Virus record (IMG/VR): IMGVR_UViG_3300042465_002807 | Span: 1 to 60,708 of that record | Reading direction: 5' to 3' (one strand) | DNA: 60,708 nt | Origin: a virus | Taxonomy: Duplodnaviria; Caudoviricetes | In this document: positions 37,133-46,580 of the stretch, in pieces | How positions within the stretch are numbered: the stretch's first letter is position 1 | Layout of the letters: each line of letters starts with the position of its first letter | Notes under the pieces: generated by a model | Seen by the model: the letters and a program-made list of their open reading frames with translations, nothing else | Told to the model about the DNA's origin: nothing | Database searches by the model: none | Made by a program: the position numbers and the translations under genes

Positions 37133-38428
37133 ATGGCACAAATAATCAAACCGCATAATGGTGCACCCAGTGAATTTTTTGAAGTAGTAGTTACTGCCGA
37201 CCAATTTGGTAATGTCACACATCCTGGAAATCCCGGAGGTACCGCAGTTGATGCATTTGGTCGTCAACGTGTATCAAATCCATTTACCCTTTTTGATTCT
37301 TCGCATAGATTTAAAGATAACAATCTCTGGGTAACAGCAACTACAGGAACTGCAACGGCGACATTCAATGCCAACCAAGGGTTGATTGACTTGACGGTGA
37401 ATAATGCAGAAAACGCTGAAGTTGTTCGAGAAACCACAAAAGTTTTCTCATACCAACCTGGAAAATCTTTATTAGTATTGAATACATTTGTTATGTCACC
37501 AGCGAAAGCAGGTCTCAGACAAAGAGTTGGTTACTATGGCGCCAAGAATGGGATATATCTAGAACTAGACGGTTCTGTGTTGTCTTTCGTCAAAAGAAGT
37601 TTCGTAAGCGGTGGTCTGGTCGACACTAAAATAGAACAATCAACATGGAATATTGATACGTTAGACGGTAATGGACCTTCAGGTATCACATTAGACATTA
37701 GTAAAGCGCAAATTTTATGGATGGATATTGAGTGGTTGGGTGTTGGTTCAGTAAGACTGGGTTTTGTTATTGATGGGCAGTTTATTCATTGTCACACAAT
37801 TCACCATGCAAATATAATTGCATCAACATATATTACCACTGCATCTTTGCCATTAAGATATGAAATAAAAAATACAACTGCTACTTCAGGTAGTAGCACA
37901 ATGAAACAGATTTGTTCCACTGTAATTTCTGAAGGTGGTTATGTTTTATCAGGAGCGCAACAGGCAATTGGCATTCCAGTAAATTCGCCGAGAACATTGG
38001 GGACTGCTGGAACATTTTATCCTGTTATTGGTCTCAGATTAAAAACATCAGGAGATTTCTTAGATGCAATTATAATTCTTACCGCACTCTCTGTGATGCC
38101 AATATCCACGGGTGCATATAACTGGCAAATACGAGCATCTGGCACCATTACTGGTGGTGAATGGGTGGATGCTGCTGTTGACAGTGCCGTGCAATACAAT
38201 ATTACGGGCACTTCTAATTCTGGTGGAAGAATTCTTGCAAGTGGTTTCTTTAGTGCATCAAACCAAGGAACTACACAGATAGATATCTTGAAAGAAGCAT
38301 TATTTAAGTTCCAACTCGAAAGAAATAGTCTGGCATCCACTCCATATGAACTCACACTTGTTGTTGCTTCTAATAGTTCCGATGACACGGTAGTTGCTTC
38401 CATGGACTGGGAAGAAATTTCTAGATAA
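37133..38428 (+). CDS. Putative virion structural protein
   Basis: DAFGRQRVSNP.TLFDS, YQPGKS, WLGVGSVRLGF; Thr/Ser/Gly-rich, in the late block. Confidence 0.55.
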   Translation: MAQIIKPHNGAPSEFFEVVVTADQFGNVTHPGNPGGTAVDAFGRQRVSNPFTLFDSSHRFKDNNLWVTATTGTATATFNANQGLIDLTVNNAENAEVVRETTKVFSYQPGKSLLVLNTFVMSPAKAGLRQRVGYYGAKNGIYLELDGSVLSFVKRSFVSGGLVDTKIEQSTWNIDTLDGNGPSGITLDISKAQILWMDIEWLGVGSVRLGFVIDGQFIHCHTIHHANIIASTYITTASLPLRYEIKNTTATSGSSTMKQICSTVISEGGYVLSGAQQAIGIPVNSPRTLGTAGTFYPVIGLRLKTSGDFLDAIIILTALSVMPISTGAYNWQIRASGTITGGEWVDAAVDSAVQYNITGTSNSGGRILASGFFSASNQGTTQIDILKEALFKFQLERNSLASTPYELTLVVASNSSDDTVVASMDWEEISR

Positions 38429-38439
38429 GGAGATAATAG

Positions 38440-38688
38440 ATGGGTAACTTTCTAACATACCTCAAAGATATGATGTCAGAAAATGGTAATCCATCTTCTA
38501 AGCGTTGGGTTGCTGTTGTTGCAACACTTCTTATCGTTATTGGTTACATTGCTAATCTATTCTGGGACTACACCATCGAAGAGTTTATCTTCAACGGTGT
38601 AATGTATATTGTTATCGGCACTCTTGGTATTACTGGTGTTGAGAAGTTCGCACCAAAGAAACCTACCAAGAAGTCAGAAGAAGAATAA
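38440..38688 (+). CDS. Small two-TM membrane protein (holin candidate)
   Basis: SSKR followed by two hydrophobic helices and a basic tail; directly upstream of the spanins. Confidence 0.55.
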   Translation: MGNFLTYLKDMMSENGNPSSKRWVAVVATLLIVIGYIANLFWDYTIEEFIFNGVMYIVIGTLGITGVEKFAPKKPTKKSEEE

Positions 38689-38698
38689 GGAATTAAAT

Positions 38699-39214
38699 AT
38701 GTTCGGTATGATCCCTCTACCATATAAATTATTAGCAGGTGCAGCACTAATTATTGGTGTTTTCTTTTATGGATACATGAAGGGATCTGCATATGCCGAA
38801 GCAGAACTACAAAGGTTTGCGGCTGAAAAGAATAAAGTTGTTGCCGAACTTGAAAAGAAAAATGCTGAAATATCTAACACCGTTGTTACTGAATATGTCG
38901 ACCGTGTTAACGTTGTTAAGGAAAAAGAATATGTCTACAAGAACCTTGCTGAAACCGTTGTTCCTAGTCAGTCTGTTATGTCTAACGGCTGGGTGTTCAC
39001 GCACGACTCTAGTGCCAGTGCCCGTGATGCCGACCCCACCAGAGCTTCTGATGCGACCTCCTCAGGAATTACAGACACTACAGCCCTCGTCGGAATCATC
39101 ACAAACTACTCCAGATGCCAGCAAAACGCCCAGCAATTAATCGCACTGCAAAAGTGGATTACAGATAACAAAACTGAGGTTGATCGTATCAACGCCGAGA
39201 AATCGAAGAAGTAA
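38699..39214 (+). CDS. Inner-membrane spanin (Rz-like)
   Basis: N-terminal TM, coiled coil, C-terminal NY..C....QL.ALQ.W; carries an embedded lipoprotein gene. Confidence 0.8.
   Translation: MFGMIPLPYKLLAGAALIIGVFFYGYMKGSAYAEAELQRFAAEKNKVVAELEKKNAEISNTVVTEYVDRVNVVKEKEYVYKNLAETVVPSQSVMSNGWVFTHDSSASARDADPTRASDATSSGITDTTALVGIITNYSRCQQNAQQLIALQKWITDNKTEVDRINAEKSKK
38931..39140 (+). CDS. Outer-membrane spanin lipoprotein (Rz1-like), fully embedded in the +1 frame
   Basis: AAGGA RBS, lipobox LTAG-C, Pro-rich mature region PVPVMPTPPELLMRPP. Confidence 0.82.
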   Translation: MSTRTLLKPLFLVSLLCLTAGCSRTTLVPVPVMPTPPELLMRPPQELQTLQPSSESSQTTPDASKTPSN

Positions 39215-39218
39215 TTGT

Positions 39219-39226
39219 TATAAATA
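39219..39226 (+). promoter_or_regulatory. Late promoter TATAAATA
   Basis: Exact consensus before the 39260 gene. Confidence 0.8.
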
Positions 39227-39259
39227 TAGCAAACGTTTTAGCTTCTGGAGATACTTTTA

Positions 39260-41566
39260 ATGGCTAATATTATTGAAAAAGCAAAGGCTAGACTTGCTGA
39301 AAAGCGCGGGTCAGATTACACACTGTATCACAAATCGTATACAGATGCAATCAATCATGCACTATCACACCACCAAAAGTCTGGTCTTCATGTAAGTGAC
39401 GATGACCGATTCCAACATGTAAGTGTTGGTTCTAAGAAGCCGAGTGAAGGCAATACAACTTCGCTTCATATTCCTGCTACTCATTCTAATGGTAAGAAGC
39501 ATCTTCTTCACGTTCAAGTATTCAACAAGGGCGGCACACACCCATACGAACTCAATACCTATTCGAGTGGTATGGGTCGTCATGTCAAAGAAGATACCGA
39601 GCATGACAACTGCGGTACTCCAGAATGCTGCGGTCAATGTGATACTGCCGACATCGAAGAAGCTAATGCTCATTATCCACGCCCAGGCTTTCCTAAAGAG
39701 GGCGACTACGGCTATCATTCTAATGAAGGACTAAAGCCTCAAGAGAGCGATAAAGACCAAGACATGGACGTTGCATACAAGAAAGCTACCGAGAAAGAAG
39801 GTCGCAAGCCATTGAATGCGCAGACGACCGAAGTATCAAACAAGGTCGAAGAAGCATACGGCATGTGGAAGGTAGACTTCCCTAAACAACATGCGGGTAA
39901 AGCTGTTGCTGCTGGTTCAGTCCACGTTAAAGCACAGAACACCGCCCATGCACACAAGGTTGCTGCAAAGAGAGTCGGTGTTGACCACACAGTATTCAAG
40001 TCTAAGGTTACCAAGTCTTCAATTCTTCCAGAAGAAAATATCATGGAGCGCGGCGAAGATTCCAAGGGTCACTACCGTTCAACAGAAGATGGCGCTGGCC
40101 TTACTCGCAAGGGTGCTAAAGCCATGGGTATCAAGACCGCCGTTACTACTCCTCCTAGCAAGTTGGATCCAAAAGGTGAAGCTGCTGGTCGTCGTAGATC
40201 ATTCTGCGCCCGCATGGGTGGCATGAAAGGTCCAATGAAGGACGAGAAGGGTCGCCCAACTCGTAAAGCTATGTCACTTCGTCGCTGGAATTGCAACGAA
40301 GAATTGGGTGAGCAAATGGAGCCTGGTACTGGTTATACGCCGAAAACGCCACCAAAACGTCCGCCGATTGCTAAACCTACGATGCATCCTGCGGCTGAAA
40401 AACCAAGAACACCACAAAGCAGTGTTGGGTCTCTCTCGCGAATTCGCGGTGCTATGGCAAAACGTTTAAACAACGGCACTGTCAAAGAAGAACTCGGTAA
40501 AGAAAATGAATGGGGTCGCCCAGAACTCCGTAAGAAGTTTGCTGCTATGACTCCTGGACAAGAAGGTCTTGCCGCCGATGAGATTCCAACAATGAATCCA
40601 TTTTCTGGTGATGCTATCCACGAACAACAACTTGACGAAATCTCCGCCCTAGGTGCCAAGAAGCGTTCTGAATTTGCTGCCAAACTACAAAAGACACTTG
40701 CCGATCCGAAAAAAATCGCAAAGGCCAAGAAAGATATTGCAAAGAAAAAGGCAGTCCAGAAAGCAGAAGAACCTAAGCATCTTGTTATGCAACTTCGCAA
40801 AGCAACTTCTATCGGCTCCAAGGTTAAGTTCTATGATGGTGCAGAACACCACGTGGCACCTAATCATGTAGAGAAGTTCAATGACCGCTATCATTCATTG
40901 AAGTCTTCAATCGAAAAAGAAAGCCTAGTGAAGAGAGCACACAAGTCACATGCTGACTTCATGCGAGCCATCTCAGAAGAGACAATGGGTCAGACAATGG
41001 GACCTTGCACTGATGGCATTTCGCCAGCAAATTATCCTTCGCCATATCAGCTATCACCTCTACCTGGTTTAGATGATATGAACGCCGACGATGCTGCAAA
41101 TCAATGGACCGAGGGTGACTTGGCTGCAATTGAGGCCGATGTCACAAACGAAATCGAAACCTCTTCATGGCAAGACCTAAGTAAATACTATGACGCCGAA
41201 GAAGACGAAGATGAGGGTGAAGAAGGTCTTGATGAGGCTATCACACCACAGGGTCGTCTAAAGAAAAAGTTTGCTGCGATGCGCAACAAGACCCGCCGCA
41301 ATCTTGCGAAGAACATGGCGCTAAAGCGTATCGCTACACCAGATGTAATTAAGGGCCGCTCAATTCGTGCCGCTCGTAGAATGGTTTACAAGCGCATTCT
41401 TCGTAACCGCGACCCATCTTCTGTATCAGCCTCAGAAAAGGCCCGTATCGAAGCACAAGTTAAGCGTATGGCACCAATGGTATCAAGAATTTCTATTCGC
41501 CTGCAACAAAGCGAAAGAAAGCGTGACCAAGCCCGCGTGACAAACGCAAGAACAAAGAAGAAATAA
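39260..41566 (+). CDS. Large modular internal-protein-like polyprotein
   Basis: Basic/His-rich modules (including GRRRSFCARM...RRWNC) separated by acidic x-x-E linkers; late promoter. Confidence 0.6.
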   Translation: MANIIEKAKARLAEKRGSDYTLYHKSYTDAINHALSHHQKSGLHVSDDDRFQHVSVGSKKPSEGNTTSLHIPATHSNGKKHLLHVQVFNKGGTHPYELNTYSSGMGRHVKEDTEHDNCGTPECCGQCDTADIEEANAHYPRPGFPKEGDYGYHSNEGLKPQESDKDQDMDVAYKKATEKEGRKPLNAQTTEVSNKVEEAYGMWKVDFPKQHAGKAVAAGSVHVKAQNTAHAHKVAAKRVGVDHTVFKSKVTKSSILPEENIMERGEDSKGHYRSTEDGAGLTRKGAKAMGIKTAVTTPPSKLDPKGEAAGRRRSFCARMGGMKGPMKDEKGRPTRKAMSLRRWNCNEELGEQMEPGTGYTPKTPPKRPPIAKPTMHPAAEKPRTPQSSVGSLSRIRGAMAKRLNNGTVKEELGKENEWGRPELRKKFAAMTPGQEGLAADEIPTMNPFSGDAIHEQQLDEISALGAKKRSEFAAKLQKTLADPKKIAKAKKDIAKKKAVQKAEEPKHLVMQLRKATSIGSKVKFYDGAEHHVAPNHVEKFNDRYHSLKSSIEKESLVKRAHKSHADFMRAISEETMGQTMGPCTDGISPANYPSPYQLSPLPGLDDMNADDAANQWTEGDLAAIEADVTNEIETSSWQDLSKYYDAEEDEDEGEEGLDEAITPQGRLKKKFAAMRNKTRRNLAKNMALKRIATPDVIKGRSIRAARRMVYKRILRNRDPSSVSASEKARIEAQVKRMAPMVSRISIRLQQSERKRDQARVTNARTKKK

Positions 41567-41567
41567 T

Positions 41568-42005
41568 ATGGACGAATTGAATACTGCCCTTAAAATTGTG
41601 TTGGCTAATACATATGCAATGTATTTTAAGGCACATGGCTTTCACTGGAATGTAGAAGGCAAAGACTTCTCCCAGATGCATGATTTCTTTTCTGGTATCT
41701 ACGAAGAACTATTTGCTGCTATAGATACCATCGCAGAACAGATCAGGGCATTAGATGAATATGCTCCATATAATATGACCGAGTTGGCTTCTATTACTAC
41801 AATCAAAGAATCTAATATCTATGGTGTAGATGTTTCTGGTATGCTGGCTGACCTTAATGACGCTAATGCTTCTGTTATCGAAGCATTGAATTCGGCTCAT
41901 AAATTAGCAGACGCGGAAAATAATAGAGGTCTATTAAATCTAATCGAAGAACGTTTAGATGTTCATGCCAAGCACGGTTGGATGATCCGTGCATCCTCTA
42001 AGTGA
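41568..42005 (+). CDS. dps: Dps / mini-ferritin
   Basis: KAHGFHWNVEG, H.FF...YEE, DTIAEQIRAL, KHGWMI. Confidence 0.93.
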   Translation: MDELNTALKIVLANTYAMYFKAHGFHWNVEGKDFSQMHDFFSGIYEELFAAIDTIAEQIRALDEYAPYNMTELASITTIKESNIYGVDVSGMLADLNDANASVIEALNSAHKLADAENNRGLLNLIEERLDVHAKHGWMIRASSK

Positions 42006-42031
42006 TAAATATAGAGGATAAGGAGATACTA

Positions 42032-43633
42032 ATGTCACTCGAACAAACAATTAAAGACACTGTGATGGCAGAGTCCGTAGATTTGGATATGCGTTTGCAG
42101 CAACTAGTCCGCGCTGGACTAATGCCATCGAATACTATTCCTCTGTTGCGCAAAGCCATCACCAAGATACAAGGTGGTTATCCACTTCAAGGCGCCGAGC
42201 GCGATGTCATGGCAAACTTCTTAAATTCCATGATGTTCATCGTTCTGGGTGATGATGCTATCTTTAATAAGGCTAGAGTTGGCGCCAAATCTTATGCGAC
42301 CGAAGCTAAAGAAAAGCAAGAGTATGACTACGAAGGTGACATGGCAATGTCACAACTAAAGTCTATCATTGCTAACTCACAACGTATGCATGACTCGATG
42401 AGTGAAGATACCAATCTTCCTGAGTGGGTTCAATCAAAGATTACCTTAGCAGAAGATTATATCTCAACCGCCGCCAACTATCTTCAAAGTGAGATGAACG
42501 AAGAAAACGATATGTGGCGTGGCGGTACAAGGGCTAGGGGTTGGAGTAAAACTAAAGAAACTTCAAATCGCAAAGATGTTGGTCGATATACATCTTCCAG
42601 AAGAGATCATCCAAACGATCAAGCTGGTGGAAAACTTGCTGCCGCTGCGCTACGTAGAGAAAAAATGAAGGAAGAATCTGAAACAATTGATGAATTGTCA
42701 AAGAAAACTCTTGGTTCTTATATTGGCTCCGCTAGTGCAGATAAAAGTTTTGCGGCGCACGATGTCGGAGCTATCAATCAAATAGCACAAACCACAGGCA
42801 CAACAGCTAGAGATCGTGAAGAAAGAGAGCAATTAAATAAAAGGCATGCAAAACGTTCGAGTGGTATTGGTCGTGCTGTTAATAAACTGACTAAAGAAGA
42901 TGTCGAACTTGAAGAGAAGCGTGGTCTATGGGATAACATTCATGCCAAGCGCAAGAGAATTAAAGCTGGTTCGGGTGAGCGTATGCGTAAGCCGGGTTCA
43001 GAAGGTGCACCTAGTGCCGCAGACCTGAAGAACTCTCGCACTGAGGAAGTCGAACAGGTTACCGAAGCAACATATTTTGTTCACACGGCTAATAAGGCGC
43101 ATCATGTTAACAAAAAAATTCCCACTGGGAAAAAAGATGCGATGGGCCAGGCATTGATGACATCAAAGGTTGTTAAATCGTTTCCTTACGGAGACACTCA
43201 ATCAAAACAAACATCTCCTGACCAGCACAAGGCTGCACACGCTCATGCGAAAAAACTGAATGCTGGTATGAAAGAAGAAGTTGAAACAATTGATGAACTT
43301 TCAAAAGGTAAACTTCAATCTTATATGGATAAGGCAAAGACTAAACCAGGTGAAGTCGTTGCAAATGTTAATGACTCGGGTAGTATGAAAAAGTATGGAA
43401 ATCGTCTAAATGGCCGCATTCGTGCTGGTCGTAAACTTCTTGCAAAAGAATCTCGCCGCACAGAAGCACTTGCCGATATCGCAGCCGTTGCACAGATGAA
43501 CGAATCATATAAGACCACATTTGATGCTGCACTCACACAATATGGCATCAAGTCTCCCTCGGAACTTGATGAAGAAAAACGTAAAGAATTTTTTAACTTT
43601 GTAGATCAAGAATATAAAAAGGGAGACAATTAA
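42032..43633 (+). CDS. Modular internal-protein-like polyprotein
   Basis: Two ETIDELSK modules, plus ELEE / QVTE / MNE linkers; late-like GATAAATA at 42004, AAGGAG RBS. Confidence 0.6.
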   Translation: MSLEQTIKDTVMAESVDLDMRLQQLVRAGLMPSNTIPLLRKAITKIQGGYPLQGAERDVMANFLNSMMFIVLGDDAIFNKARVGAKSYATEAKEKQEYDYEGDMAMSQLKSIIANSQRMHDSMSEDTNLPEWVQSKITLAEDYISTAANYLQSEMNEENDMWRGGTRARGWSKTKETSNRKDVGRYTSSRRDHPNDQAGGKLAAAALRREKMKEESETIDELSKKTLGSYIGSASADKSFAAHDVGAINQIAQTTGTTARDREEREQLNKRHAKRSSGIGRAVNKLTKEDVELEEKRGLWDNIHAKRKRIKAGSGERMRKPGSEGAPSAADLKNSRTEEVEQVTEATYFVHTANKAHHVNKKIPTGKKDAMGQALMTSKVVKSFPYGDTQSKQTSPDQHKAAHAHAKKLNAGMKEEVETIDELSKGKLQSYMDKAKTKPGEVVANVNDSGSMKKYGNRLNGRIRAGRKLLAKESRRTEALADIAAVAQMNESYKTTFDAALTQYGIKSPSELDEEKRKEFFNFVDQEYKKGDN

Positions 43634-45228
43634 TGTCCGCATGGGGTAAATCAGATAATAAATCATCAGATGGTTCAGTAACTCTTACTGCACCTTCCAT
43701 CACTTTCGATGCTGCTACAGGTCACGCCGCTGGCGTATATACTTCAGCCGCACACCCATTCCAACTAGGCGACCCTGTTGTTTATAATAACGGCAGTGGT
43801 ACTTCGGTAGTTGGTCTGACTTCTGGCAGCACATATTATGTAACTAATGTTACCACTGATACTTTTAGTCTCGCAACAACAGAAGCCAGGGCACTTCACA
43901 ATAATCCAACTATCATCGCTTCGACCGATGGTATTGGTTCATCGCACACTTTCACAGTACCTCTTGCACTTGGTCGCGGAACTCTAACGGGCACCGACAC
44001 CGAATTCGAAACTGAACTTCTGGTCGGTGACATTGTTCGAGCATCGACAGTGAATGGTAATCAGGAAATGATTGCAATCGCAGTTGCTAGTGATACGCTT
44101 GCCACTGTAATTAATGCAAATCCGGGCACACCTCTAACTGCATTCGCCGATGACGAAGACTACAGAATCCACGAGAAACCAACTTCGGTTGCCTCTGTTG
44201 CAACGACAGACTTCGAATCGACACAAGTATTCGGTGTAAGAAGCACTGAAATCCATGGCGACCAACAAGGTGGTTATATTTCGGCAGTTTCTCTACAAAC
44301 TGCTGGTGTTGCGAAGTATGTTGAAGTTCCTGCTGTAACATTCTCTGGTGGTGGCGGCGCTGATGCGGAAGCAACTGCTGTTATCACTGCTGGTGCTGTA
44401 TCAACAATTACAGTAACAAATAATGGTGAAAGTTATGAAACTGCACCAACTGTAGCAGTTGAAACTCCAAGACTGACAATTCCGTCAACGATGTTCAACA
44501 CTAACGACACTATCACTTACAGTGCCAATCACTTACTCGTAACTGGTGATGCAGTTAATTTCATCATCGGTACTGGCGATCGTCCGCACTTTGATGCTGT
44601 AACTGTTAATGCTGACACTGGTGCTTTCAATCTTTCGACCGAAGAAGTTACTTCTGCGGCGCATCCTTTCATCACTGGCGATTACGTTCGTTATAGCACT
44701 GCTGGAACTCCACCAACAGGTCTAACATCGGGTAACTATTACTTCATCGTTAAGACTGGTGCTAATACGTTCAAGTTGGCAGCATCATACGCCGATGCTG
44801 TTGCAACCTCGCCAGTTATTATTGGTCTGAGTGGAAGTCCTGCTGGAACAAGTCATACTTTCACCGCTCACTTGACTAATGATAAACCATTCTACATCAT
44901 TAAGACAGGTGATACTACATTCAAGTTGGCACGTACCGCTGCTCTAGCAACTGCTGGTACTGCGGTTGACATTACATATGCTGGAACCGACGGTTCGGAC
45001 AGAAAAATGTTCCTTACAACTGGCGCACCAGTCTTCAAGGCCGCACTCGGTGTAAACCAAGGTATTGACAACGCAGAATCTGGTGCAGTTGCTCACACTG
45101 GTTGGGTTCGTCGTAAGGTTCTGACAGGTGCTCACGCTGGTCGTATCCAGTATGAAGTTCTGGTTGCAATGTCTAAGAACGGCATCTCAAGTGATGCTGG
45201 TGATGACATTCAATTCCCAGAGGATTAA
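43633..45228 (+). CDS. Virion structural/fibre-like protein with repeated beta-domains
   Basis: Repeats of H(P/L)F..GD.V.Y...GLTSG..Y(Y/F).....TF.LA; MSAWG N-terminus and HTGWV..GR...EVLVAM C-terminus. Confidence 0.7.
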   Translation: MSAWGKSDNKSSDGSVTLTAPSITFDAATGHAAGVYTSAAHPFQLGDPVVYNNGSGTSVVGLTSGSTYYVTNVTTDTFSLATTEARALHNNPTIIASTDGIGSSHTFTVPLALGRGTLTGTDTEFETELLVGDIVRASTVNGNQEMIAIAVASDTLATVINANPGTPLTAFADDEDYRIHEKPTSVASVATTDFESTQVFGVRSTEIHGDQQGGYISAVSLQTAGVAKYVEVPAVTFSGGGGADAEATAVITAGAVSTITVTNNGESYETAPTVAVETPRLTIPSTMFNTNDTITYSANHLLVTGDAVNFIIGTGDRPHFDAVTVNADTGAFNLSTEEVTSAAHPFITGDYVRYSTAGTPPTGLTSGNYYFIVKTGANTFKLAASYADAVATSPVIIGLSGSPAGTSHTFTAHLTNDKPFYIIKTGDTTFKLARTAALATAGTAVDITYAGTDGSDRKMFLTTGAPVFKAALGVNQGIDNAESGAVAHTGWVRRKVLTGAHAGRIQYEVLVAMSKNGISSDAGDDIQFPED

Positions 45229-45234
45229 TAACTA

Positions 45235-45687
45235 ATGGCAGATAGCAAAGTAACCGCCATGAATCCAGCGACATCGGTCTCACCGACCGATGTCCTGTAT
45301 CTCGTGAAACCAAATACAAGTCCATATGATCACAAGATTACTGTTGCCAATCTGTTTGGTGGTATTCCAGTTCCTGTAGTTCTGGAAGATAAACTAGTAT
45401 TGAGTGGCACTCCTCAGACCATGTCGTCTGCGGGTGCCATTTCGATAACATCAATTGTCACCAAGATTACTTCACCAGATAACAATGGCACACTGACAAT
45501 TGCAGATGGTGTCGATGGTCAGATTAAGACAATCATCATGGTATCGAATGCCGGTAATCACACGTTATCAATTACGTCCAATATCGGACATTCTAGTATT
45601 GCTTTTAATAGCGCAGGAGATACCGCTACTCTAATGTTCCAAGGAACAGTGTGGTATTTCGTTGGGGGAACGGCGACAGTATCATAA
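45235..45687 (+). CDS. Putative virion structural protein
   Basis: MADSKVTAM start, TIADGVDGQIK..I, F..AGD...LMF.G..W pattern. Confidence 0.6.
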   Translation: MADSKVTAMNPATSVSPTDVLYLVKPNTSPYDHKITVANLFGGIPVPVVLEDKLVLSGTPQTMSSAGAISITSIVTKITSPDNNGTLTIADGVDGQIKTIIMVSNAGNHTLSITSNIGHSSIAFNSAGDTATLMFQGTVWYFVGGTATVS

Positions 45688-45688
45688 T

Positions 45689-46051
45689 ATGTTTGAACTT
45701 AATGATGATAATTTTTTGATCTTTGCTATTAAGAGTTATGACAATCGAGGTTGCCTCGGAATGTCAGACTTAGAAGAAGATTTAAAACGATTTAAATATA
45801 TCAAGCGATTATTTCGCCGATATGAAACAACAGATGTTTTAAGTGAAAGATTGATACTCAATCACTTAATAGTTTTATACAATGTTTTTGGTGAAAATAC
45901 TTCATTGATGCTTTTATATAAAGTAGAGAAGAAGTATTGGAGTTATCTAAAGACGTTTCTAGTCTATCTAAATAGAATGACCGCAGATGATATACCAGAT
46001 GTATCTTTAGATTTACGAGTTGCTACCGCGCTAAGGAAAATAGATGTCTAA
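45689..46051 (+). CDS. Conserved hypothetical T4-like protein
   Basis: EDLKRFKYIKRLF, ERLILNHLIVLYNVFG, LKTFLVYLN. Confidence 0.7.
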   Translation: MFELNDDNFLIFAIKSYDNRGCLGMSDLEEDLKRFKYIKRLFRRYETTDVLSERLILNHLIVLYNVFGENTSLMLLYKVEKKYWSYLKTFLVYLNRMTADDIPDVSLDLRVATALRKIDV

Positions 46052-46580
46052 GTTAATCGATAATGCTATTACAATGCGCGTCCTATGGATGCTAACTACT
46101 CCGTTTGACAGAACGGATGCATATCGTCTGGGCATTATCGACAAGACCGGTAAAGAAATTAAACCAATTTCAAAACTTAATACAGATGTTGAGAGAGAAG
46201 CATACACTTATCTCCATCGGTTAGTTTTTAGATTGAAAAGAATTATTCATATGGTCCCAGTAGAAAGTAAAAACTTTCTTTCTTTTGCCGCAGCGGTTGC
46301 ATTGGTAAAAGAAGGCGTAGAATATGATGAAGATATATTAGAGGAACTATTCTTTATGGCACACCAAGAACCAGACGCTATCGCTCTAGCCGAAGAGTTG
46401 GAGAACAGAACACTATCATTCAGACAGTTTGTTGAAGAGATGGGTGTCGGTGGAGGTGCCGTTGCTGGTATTGGTATCAACAATCCAAATATTCCAAATC
46501 AAGCAGAACCAGGTGTCTCTAAGAAGGCGCAAGCAAATTATAAAAAGAAGAAGAAAATTATAAGAAGGAATGCACAATGA
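46044..46580 (+). CDS. Conserved hypothetical T4-like protein
   Basis: TPF..TDAY.LGIID..G, HRLVFRLKR; internal SFRQFVEE motif. Confidence 0.65.
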   Translation: MSKLIDNAITMRVLWMLTTPFDRTDAYRLGIIDKTGKEIKPISKLNTDVEREAYTYLHRLVFRLKRIIHMVPVESKNFLSFAAAVALVKEGVEYDEDILEELFFMAHQEPDAIALAEELENRTLSFRQFVEEMGVGGGAVAGIGINNPNIPNQAEPGVSKKAQANYKKKKKIIRRNAQ

